Source of the DNA: an uncultured Chitinophagales bacterium
Lineage (GTDB): Bacteria; Bacteroidota; Ignavibacteria; UBA10030; UBA6906
DNA length: 64,000 nt
Direction of reading: 5' to 3'
NCBI GenBank assembly: GCA_964444145.1
Contig: CAYUFU010000005.1
Span: forward strand, 1,667-65,666
The position numbers were made by a program, and so were the translations under genes. The notes beneath the pieces are model-generated. The model worked only from the letters and a program-made list of their open reading frames with translations, was not told where the DNA came from and ran no database searches. This document shows positions 17,111-24,085 of this stretch, one piece after another; position 1 is the first letter of the stretch; each line of letters begins with the position of its first letter.

Positions 17111-17394
17111 GGTCGTGACTCCTGAACGGATTTGCGGATGTAGAAAGTGAATTCGTTCTCGCGTTCCCTCACCTCAATCAACTCGTGGCCCGTGCTCCGA
17201 CACCACGCTGGGAAATCGGAGACCGCGTTGGGGTCGGTGGAGATCAATTCCAATACCTCATACGCTCGAAGTGCGTTCATAGCGCGGTGCAGTTCAACTA
17301 CTTGCATGGGACCGAAGGTCTCACGACAATCAAGTTGCTTGCTTATCACAAGATGATTGTTGAACACGATTGGAAGGTCTGAACCTGGCTTCAA
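17107..17394 (-). CDS. TusA-like protein lacking the CPxP cysteine
   Basis: 95-aa ORF (TTG in the track; a GTG 27 nt downstream is an alternative start). It aligns by eye to TusA, but the motif reads LDCRETFGPMQVVELHR, so Cys becomes Gly and the second Pro becomes Gln. Confidence 0.7.
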   Translation of the reverse strand: MKPGSDLPIVFNNHLVISKQLDCRETFGPMQVVELHRAMNALRAYEVLELISTDPNAVSDFPAWCRSTGHELIEVRERENEFTFYIRKSVQESRP

Positions 17395-17417
17395 GATTCT
17401 GAGCTATGCAGATTCTT

Positions 17418-17433
17418 GGCAAACAACATACCA
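17418..17433 (-). promoter_or_regulatory. Candidate sigma54 (-24/-12) promoter for the tusA-dsrE-lbpA-shdr genes
   Basis: The minus strand reads TGGTAT-GTTGT-TTGC with exact GG-N10-GC spacing, 24 nt upstream of the TTG at 17394. Confidence 0.55.
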
Positions 17434-17605
17434 GTCGGACGGATAAATTGCAAGTAGAAGTTTTTTGCTCTCTTTTCGAAAAGGGGGATAATTTTGCGAG
17501 GAATCAATTTGCCAAGCGCGTGATGGGGAAATAGAGGTCATAATTCTTTGGCTACTTTTTATGGTGGAAAATATGGTTTGTGGCATTGCAGCCCTGAAAG
17601 GTCCG

Positions 17606-18622
17606 CTACACCTTCACAGCCGGCAATCCACTAACGCTGCTGAAACTCACCTTCGCGCTCTCGTCGGGATGGATGAACTCAAGCGCGCTTTTCACCGCCA
17701 TCGCCGCTTCGGCAAATCCGGTCGCGATGAGCTTGATTTTCCCGGGATACGTTGCCACATCTCCCGCGGCAAAGACGCCGGAAACATTCGTGCACATGCG
17801 CGGGTTCACTTTGATATGTTTGTCTTCCAGCTCAAGCCCCCACTGCGCGAGCGGTCCAAGATTGATTTTGAATCCAATCATGGGAAGAAGCACATCCGTC
17901 TCCAGCGTGCGAGTGTTCTGACGCCAATCGCGAATCGTGACGGCTTCCAAACGCTCGGTGCCGTGCAGCTCTTCGACGATAGTGGAGGTAAGGAGGCTCA
18001 CGCGTCCGCGACCGGCAAGCCGTTGGATTGCGCGCATCGTGGAGGGATGCGCGACAAAACCATCGGAGCGATGCACCATCGTAATCTCCGCGGCGACGTC
18101 GGCGAGGTTCAGCACCCAATCCGCCGCCGAGTCGCCGCCCCCCATGATGACGACGCGCTTGCCGCGGAAATCTTCCTTTCGCTGTACGGCATAGAAGATT
18201 CCTTTCCCTTGAAATTCCTCAGCGCGCTCATGCGTCAACTTGCGCGGCGTGATGATTCCGTTGCCGCTCGTGATGATGACGGCGCGAGAAACGTACGCAT
18301 CTCGTTCGGTGGCGACTTCGAAGAGCGTATGGCTTCCGTTCGGTTCGATGCGTCGGAGCGAGACGGCAAGTTCATTGAGATGCACGTCGGGATGAAACTG
18401 AAACGCCTGCTCTTCTAAATTTTTTACCAAGTCACGCGAGAGAATTTTCGGCAAGCCAAAGACATCGAGGACATATTTTTCCGAATAGAGCGCGGTCATC
18501 TGTCCGCCGAGCGCTGGCAGCACTTCGACAATGCGAGAAGTCGCTTCGTGCATTCCGGCGCGGAACGCCGCCGCTAAACCAGCAGGGCCGCCGCCGATGA
18601 TCGTGAGGTCGCGAACTTCCAT
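17606..18622 (-). CDS. Thioredoxin-reductase-type ferredoxin-NADP+ reductase (FNR)
   Basis: The track ORF extends to 18871 over the CBS gene. I use ATG 18622 (MEVRDLTIIGGGPAGLAAA). A second nucleotide fold is GKRVVIMGGGDSAADW, and the C-terminal motif is GVFAAGDV. Confidence 0.8.
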   Translation of the reverse strand: MEVRDLTIIGGGPAGLAAAFRAGMHEATSRIVEVLPALGGQMTALYSEKYVLDVFGLPKILSRDLVKNLEEQAFQFHPDVHLNELAVSLRRIEPNGSHTLFEVATERDAYVSRAVIITSGNGIITPRKLTHERAEEFQGKGIFYAVQRKEDFRGKRVVIMGGGDSAADWVLNLADVAAEITMVHRSDGFVAHPSTMRAIQRLAGRGRVSLLTSTIVEELHGTERLEAVTIRDWRQNTRTLETDVLLPMIGFKINLGPLAQWGLELEDKHIKVNPRMCTNVSGVFAAGDVATYPGKIKLIATGFAEAAMAVKSALEFIHPDESAKVSFSSVSGLPAVKV

Positions 18623-18629
18623 CGGCTCG

Positions 18630-19052
18630 CTACTCGCGCCCTGTCGCCTCGCCGTTTTCCAGCGTGACGAAATCATCCTGCACGTAGGCGCGCAGAATGT
18701 CGCCGCGCGAAACGACTCCCACCAACTTGTCGTTGCGAACCACGGGCAGGCGAATGAACCGACGCTCGCGCATAAGACGGATTGCTTCGTCCACCTCGGC
18801 GTCTTCCTCGATGCACACAGGATCCTTGCTCGTGATGTCTTCGGCGACGGCGGAACAAAAGCCGTACTCATCGCGATGCTGCAGCACTTTGAGGATGTCG
18901 AACTCGGTCACGATGCCGATGACGCGCTGTTGCTCATCAACCACAGGCAAGCCGCTGAAAAAACCCATAAGCATTTTCTTGGCGAGGTCCTGACAGTTGA
19001 CATTTTTCGTCGCCGCGACAACACGGCGGCTCATCACCTCACCGACTTTCAT
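18630..19052 (-). CDS. CBS-domain pair protein
   Basis: 140-aa ORF with two CBS-like halves (VVDEQQRVIGIVTEFDILK and VVRNDKLVGVVSRGDILR). Overlaps the cbbS end by 14 nt. Confidence 0.8.
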   Translation of the reverse strand: MKVGEVMSRRVVAATKNVNCQDLAKKMLMGFFSGLPVVDEQQRVIGIVTEFDILKVLQHRDEYGFCSAVAEDITSKDPVCIEEDAEVDEAIRLMRERRFIRLPVVRNDKLVGVVSRGDILRAYVQDDFVTLENGEATGRE

Positions 19053-19362
19053 GGTTCGCTCCCAACGGTTGATACACTACGAAGCTCAACACCTGACCCT
19101 GGCGCCGATTGTCGTAGCCATTGATCTTCACGTAGCAGCCGGGGTTCGCCGCTTTGCACGCTTCGATCTCGGCGAGAACATCGGCTGACGTTCGCGCGTT
19201 GAATAACGGGAGTCTCCAAAAACTCCAATAGGTGTTCGTTGGTCCGGGCTGGTCGGTGTACTCGATGTTCGGAATCCAGCCGTTCTCAAGAACGTATTGG
19301 ATCTGTTTCGCGACTTGCGCTTCGGTCATCGGGGGCAAGAAGGAAAAAGTTTCAGTTTTCAT
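19039..19362 (-). CDS. cbbS: RuBisCO small subunit (form I)
   Basis: 107-aa ORF with FSFLPPMTEAQVAKQIQYVLENGW...YWSFWRLPLF, typical of form I small subunits. Confidence 0.9.
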   Translation of the reverse strand: MKTETFSFLPPMTEAQVAKQIQYVLENGWIPNIEYTDQPGPTNTYWSFWRLPLFNARTSADVLAEIEACKAANPGCYVKINGYDNRRQGQVLSFVVYQPLGANHESR

Positions 19363-19404
19363 GTGGATGCTCCGTAATAGAAAAGGATTTGTTTTGTCGC
19401 CGCT

Positions 19405-20868
19405 TCACACCGCGACAGGCTCGATGGCGTCAACGGCTTTGTAGTCGAACGTGATTTCTTTCCACGTCTCCATCGCGACGCGCAGCTCTGGCGATCGCCG
19501 CGCCGCGGCTTTGAGAATGCTCGGACCTTCCGCGACGAGCGCGCGACCTTCGTTGCGCGCCTGGACAACGGCTTCGAGCGCAACGCGATTCGCCGTCGCG
19601 CCCGCGGCGCTTCCCCACGGGTGACCGAGCGTGCCGCCACCAAATTGCAGCACGACATCGTCGCCGAAAATCGCCACCAGCTCCGGCATGTGCCACACGT
19701 GAATACCGCCCGACGCGACGGGAAACATCCCCGGCATCGAAAGCCACGGTTGGCCGAAATAAATGCCGCGGCTCTTATCCGCCTTGACAAAACTCTCGCG
19801 CAGCAAATCGTTCGCCCCCAATGTCGAAGCCCGGTCGCCTTCCAACTTGCCGACGACGGTGCCGTTGTGCACATGATCGGCGCCGACGATGCGGCACCAT
19901 TTCGCGAGCACGCGCCAGTGAATGCCGTGATTGCGCTGGCGATCAATCACCGCGTGCATTGCGCGATGCGCGTGCAGCAACATGCCGTTGGCGCGACACC
20001 ACTTCGAGAGCGATGCGAACGCCGTGAATCCAACCGTCAGGTAATCAACCATGATGATGCGCGAGCCAAGCTCCTTCGCCAGCTCGGCGCGTTTGTACAG
20101 TTCTTCCATATCGCCGGCGGTGACGTTGAGATAGTGCCCCTTGCGCTCGCCGGTTTCCGCTTCCGCTTTGTGCACTGCTTCCATGACGAACTCGAAGCGG
20201 TCGCGCCAGCGCATGAACGGCTGCGACGTGATGTTCTCATCGTCTTTCGTGAAATCCAATCCTCCACGCAGCGCTTCGTACACGACGCGTCCATAATTCT
20301 TCGCCGAGAGTCCGAGCTTCGGCTTCATCGTCCCGCCCAGGATTGCGCGACCGTATTTGTTCATGCGATCGCGTTCGACTTGGATGCCGTGCGGCGGACC
20401 TTGAAACGTATTGAGCAGCACCGGCGGAATCCGAATGTCTTCCAGTCGTAAGGCGCGCAGCGCTTTGAATCCGAAAACATTCCCGACAATGGAGGACATC
20501 AGATTCGGCATCGAGCCTTCTTCAAAGAGATCGAGCGGATATGCGATGTACGCGATGAACTGATCGTCGCAGCCCGCGACCGGCTCGATGCGATACGTTC
20601 TGCCCGCGTAGCGCGCCATGTCCGTCAACAAATCCGACCAGACTGTAGTCCACGTGCCCGAGGAAGATTCCGCAGCAACCGCCGCCGCGGCTTCCTCCCA
20701 CGGAACACCTTCCTGCGGCGTTACGCGAAATGCAGCAAGCACTTCCGTTTCTTTTGGCGTGTAGCCGGGATCGTAGTAGAAGCGTCCGGCGGAACTGTAC
20801 TCTTTGACTCCGGCGTCGAACAATGCTTTGCCGTTCGGACCCTTTACAGATTTTGTTTGATCGTTCAT
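19405..20868 (-). CDS. cbbL: RuBisCO large subunit, form I (green-type signatures)
   Basis: 487-aa ORF with [25 protein letters not shown] (carbamyl-Lys), [17 protein letters not shown] and GGIHVWHMP. Confidence 0.95.
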   Translation of the reverse strand: MNDQTKSVKGPNGKALFDAGVKEYSSAGRFYYDPGYTPKETEVLAAFRVTPQEGVPWEEAAAAVAAESSSGTWTTVWSDLLTDMARYAGRTYRIEPVAGCDDQFIAYIAYPLDLFEEGSMPNLMSSIVGNVFGFKALRALRLEDIRIPPVLLNTFQGPPHGIQVERDRMNKYGRAILGGTMKPKLGLSAKNYGRVVYEALRGGLDFTKDDENITSQPFMRWRDRFEFVMEAVHKAEAETGERKGHYLNVTAGDMEELYKRAELAKELGSRIIMVDYLTVGFTAFASLSKWCRANGMLLHAHRAMHAVIDRQRNHGIHWRVLAKWCRIVGADHVHNGTVVGKLEGDRASTLGANDLLRESFVKADKSRGIYFGQPWLSMPGMFPVASGGIHVWHMPELVAIFGDDVVLQFGGGTLGHPWGSAAGATANRVALEAVVQARNEGRALVAEGPSILKAAARRSPELRVAMETWKEITFDYKAVDAIEPVAV

Positions 20869-20896
20869 AAGCGTGCCTTTGCGTTTTGGTGATCAC

Positions 20897-21937
20897 TCAT
20901 CTTGTGTGCTGTGTGCTCGAGGAGCGGACTTTCTGCGCCGTACGCGGCACCGAGCTCATCCTGCTAAGCGCTGCGACAGGCGGAGCAAACGGTACGTTCT
21001 CTATGTCGCTGTACTGACGCAGCAAGTGGTACGTGAGCAAGAGTTGTGTGAGCGCGAGCGGGTGACTATGCCGCACCTCTGTCTGGTCAACGTAATCGCC
21101 GAATTGATCTTCGCCTACAGGACGCAAGCCGTTCAAGTGGAGCCATATCGCCTGTTCGAGCCGTTCAGCTTGTCCGGCGTTTACATTGCCGTCAACGTTG
21201 AGAAAGTCCACCGGGCGCCCGCAGTCGCGTCCCAAATCCAATCGCACGCCTCCCGCCGTTGAGCGGTTGCCGTTGGTGAGATAGCTCAGATCCGGATGAG
21301 GAATCGTCGGTCGCAGCACGAGTTGCACGTTGAGATTGGGTCCGGCGTTTTCGGGCGCGACGCCCTCCGATGGATGAAAGCGCACGACGACGTCTGCGTG
21401 CTCGCGCTGCGGTCGGATGAAATCGCGCGAGTCCGGCTCTCGCTTCACCATCTCGGCGCGAACCTGCTCGGAGGTATAGCCGCGCTTCGTGGTATCGCGC
21501 TTGATTTTCCATACGGTCCGCAGATCCTCCGGTGGATCGAGATACACTTTGACGTCGTAAAATTGTCGCATCACCGGCGTGAAGAATCCGAGCAAGCCTT
21601 CGACAATGATGAACTCTGTCGGCTGGATGTATTCGGGTCGAACAAGAGTTCCGTTAGAATGATCATAGACCGGTTTCAAGATAGGCTGACCGTAATGCAG
21701 CCGCTCGAGATGCAGCTCCATGACGTCGAGGTAATTGCAATCGGGATGCAGCGCGGTGATGCCTAACTGCGCGCGTTCCGTGCGATCATATCTGTGATAG
21801 TCGTCGGTGCAAATGCGTGTGACGCGCTCGGTTCCTAAAATATTCGCGAGTCCAGCGCTGATGGTCGTCTTGCCCGCGGCGCTGTCCCCCACAATGCCGA
21901 TGATGATAGGACGTTTTGCTCGCATCGCTTTGTTCAT
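20897..21937 (-). CDS. prk: Phosphoribulokinase (long, cyanobacterial/plant-like form by eye)
   Basis: 346-aa ORF with P-loop GIVGDSAAGKTT, then CTDDYHRYDR and WKIKRDTTKRGYT. Confidence 0.9.
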   Translation of the reverse strand: MNKAMRAKRPIIIGIVGDSAAGKTTISAGLANILGTERVTRICTDDYHRYDRTERAQLGITALHPDCNYLDVMELHLERLHYGQPILKPVYDHSNGTLVRPEYIQPTEFIIVEGLLGFFTPVMRQFYDVKVYLDPPEDLRTVWKIKRDTTKRGYTSEQVRAEMVKREPDSRDFIRPQREHADVVVRFHPSEGVAPENAGPNLNVQLVLRPTIPHPDLSYLTNGNRSTAGGVRLDLGRDCGRPVDFLNVDGNVNAGQAERLEQAIWLHLNGLRPVGEDQFGDYVDQTEVRHSHPLALTQLLLTYHLLRQYSDIENVPFAPPVAALSRMSSVPRTAQKVRSSSTQHTR

Positions 21938-21969
21938 GAATGTTTTTTCTGGAAGTGTTCATGAGAAGA

Positions 21970-21984
21970 GCGAACTCCATGCCA
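21970..21984 (-). promoter_or_regulatory. Candidate sigma54 promoter upstream of prk-cbbLS
   Basis: The minus strand reads TGGCAT-GGAGT-TCGC with exact GG-N10-GC spacing. The GC lies 32 nt upstream of the prk ATG (21937). Confidence 0.5.
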
Positions 21985-22245
21985 GCAAACTTACGAATCG
22001 TGAATTGCGCAAATGCAGTGTGTTTCGTGAAAGTGAATGTCGTCGCGGCGAAGAGCCGCGACAAGAATGACGCAGCGAGACTGGTTCCGCTGTCAACGTT
22101 CGTTCCGCGTCGTGATGCGAGATGACATTCAGAATTGTCTTCTGCAAGCGAAGAATCTCGAAATGGGTGGGATTCTGAATCAGGAAGTAGTGGTGACACG
22201 CGTGTCGCAGCAAAGTGTGACGAGGATGTCGCAGAGAAAAAGCAA

Positions 22246-23706
22246 CTACTCTTCGCCAGCCGTCTTGAACACCTCCGAACCGATGCTGTGTTTTGCCATG
22301 AGCCGCTGAAACGTCCGTCGCGGAACTTTCGCTGCATCGGCGGCGCGAGAGATATTCCCTCCACTTTCGGCAAGGTAGCGGCAAAGAGCTTGATGCTCGA
22401 ACTTGTCAATCATCGTTCCCTTCAGCGACATCAAGCCGTCGCGCAGCGCGTGCACGTCCAAACTTTCGCCGGCATGTTGTGGCTGGAGGACAAGCGGCAG
22501 ATGCTCGATGCCGATCTCATCCGTTGTCGTGAGCACCACCGCGCGTTCGATGACATTTTCCAGCTCGCGCAAGTTGCCGGGCCAATCGTACATCGTCAAC
22601 GCCGAAAGCGTTTCAGGAGAGATTTTGCTTACACGCTTGTTGACTTTCGCCTGCGCAGATTTCAGGAAGTGGTACGCAAGCATGGGAATGTCCTCGTGGC
22701 GCTCGCGCAAGGGAGGCAGGTGAATCGTGAATGCATTCAAGCGATAGAAAAGGTCGGCGCGAAACTCGCCGCGCTCGATCGCGTCTTCAAGCTTTCGGTT
22801 CGTCGCGGCGATAATGCGCACCTCCACCTTCTTGGTCTGAACGTCTCCGACGGCACGAATTTCTCCGGACTGCAAGAAGCGCAGCAGCTTCGCCTGCATC
22901 TCCATCGGCATGTCGCCAATCTCATCGAGAAACACCGTGCCGTTGTGCGCCATTTCGAGGAGTCCGATCCGATCGGACGCCGCGCCTGTAAACGCGCCTC
23001 TCTTGTAGCCGAACAATTCGCTTTCAATCAACGAGGGACTGAACGCCGTGCAATTGACCGTGACCAACGGCTTGTCGCGATGTGGGCTGCTTTTGTGAAT
23101 CATGCGGGCGACGACTTCTTTCCCCGTTCCGCTTTCACCGCGAATGAGGACGGTGGTCGGCGTCGGCGCGACTTTCGCGATCAGGCTTGCTGCCTCGCGC
23201 ATCGGTTCCGTTTTGCCAATGACGAACTCGCCCGCGGCATGACGCTCAAGCTCGCGCAGCATCAAGCCGTAGCGGTCTTCAAGAATTTCGCGTTTGCCAT
23301 ACTCGTCCAACAGCGTCCAGACGAAGAGCGCGCCAACGCCTCCAATCAGCTCCGTCTGCTGCGGTTTCTCGCGGAGCAACTCCTCCTGCAATTCGCAGCT
23401 ACCCGTGACGTTGATGATCAGATCCAATGCATCGTTGTGAATGAACTCGCGGTAGTCCAGTGACACAGGCACGCCGCGTTGTCGCGCAAGCGACATTCCC
23501 GGCGCGTTCGCATTGATATCAACCACCCCGACGATGGTGATGCCCGGATCGTTTTGGATGAGCTGCAAGAGCATACTGCCAGCTTTCCCCGCGCCGATGA
23601 GCAGCACGTTGACGACATGGTTGGTCGCGCTGAAGTTCCGTTTGGTGTCTGGTTCAATCATGAGTTTCGAATCAAAAACTTTCGACGTTCGAAATTCGAT
23701 GTTCAT
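22246..23706 (-). CDS. Sigma54-dependent transcriptional activator with N-terminal Rossmann-like (GxGxxG) domain
   Basis: 486-aa ORF. AAA+ motifs GESGTGKE and ESELFGYKRGAFTGA, plus a C-terminal HTH. The N-terminus reads VLLIGAGKAGSMLLQLI...GVVDIN...DLIINVTG instead of REC, GAF or PAS. Confidence 0.85.
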   Translation of the reverse strand: MNIEFRTSKVFDSKLMIEPDTKRNFSATNHVVNVLLIGAGKAGSMLLQLIQNDPGITIVGVVDINANAPGMSLARQRGVPVSLDYREFIHNDALDLIINVTGSCELQEELLREKPQQTELIGGVGALFVWTLLDEYGKREILEDRYGLMLRELERHAAGEFVIGKTEPMREAASLIAKVAPTPTTVLIRGESGTGKEVVARMIHKSSPHRDKPLVTVNCTAFSPSLIESELFGYKRGAFTGAASDRIGLLEMAHNGTVFLDEIGDMPMEMQAKLLRFLQSGEIRAVGDVQTKKVEVRIIAATNRKLEDAIERGEFRADLFYRLNAFTIHLPPLRERHEDIPMLAYHFLKSAQAKVNKRVSKISPETLSALTMYDWPGNLRELENVIERAVVLTTTDEIGIEHLPLVLQPQHAGESLDVHALRDGLMSLKGTMIDKFEHQALCRYLAESGGNISRAADAAKVPRRTFQRLMAKHSIGSEVFKTAGEE

Positions 23707-23782
23707 TATTCGTTATTCATGCCACATATCGAATATCGAACACCGAATAATGACCCGATTATGTCCTATCCACCGTGAACGC

Positions 23783-24085
23783 TTATGAAGCAAGCAATCG
23801 CATCGCCACTGCGACAAGAGCAAGCGCGAGAAGCCGCACGATCCATAGCCCGCGAATGTGTTGCGCAACTGCCGCGCCGAATTGCGCGCCGACGATGACT
23901 GCCAAACCAATTGCGATGGCAAGTGTCGGCAGAACGTTCCCAAGAAGCACGTGACCGAGCGCTCCAACACCCGATGAAATCGTGAGAATGAAAAGAGACG
24001 TCGCTGTCGCGACGTGCGCCGGAAAACGAAGAAGACGCACCATCGCCTGCAACAAGCACCCCTGCGCGTTACGACCCCATTTCAT
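23783..24085 (-). pseudogene. TauE/SafE (TSUP) sulfite-exporter-like C-terminal half; remnant or half-size gene
   Basis: 100-aa ORF matching only the last ~4 TM helices of TSUP proteins (HVATATSLFILTISSGVGALGHVLLGNV...GAQFGAAVAQHI). The N-terminal half is absent. The start overlaps the SulP gene end by 17 nt. Confidence 0.45.

Noticed and set aside
17500-17515. Second sigma54-like element (minus strand TTGGCAAATTGATTCC)
   Set aside because: The -12 position reads CC instead of the invariant GC. The element at 17418..17433 fits far better.
19359-20451. Alternative-frame and antisense ORFs inside cbbL (19359..19946 minus, 19621..20451 plus)
   Set aside because: cbbL is unequivocal. These frames are Arg/Ala-rich with no recognisable domains.
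21786-22409. 207-aa and 141-aa minus-strand ORFs spanning the EBP-prk spacer
   Set aside because: They overlap both flanking real genes out of frame. The Ser/Arg-rich sequence has no motifs. The spacer is better explained as regulatory.
22135-23463. 442-aa plus-strand ORF opposite the sigma54 activator
   Set aside because: It is fully antisense to an ORF with unambiguous AAA+/GAFTGA motifs, has no motifs of its own, and has an Arg-rich shadow-frame composition.
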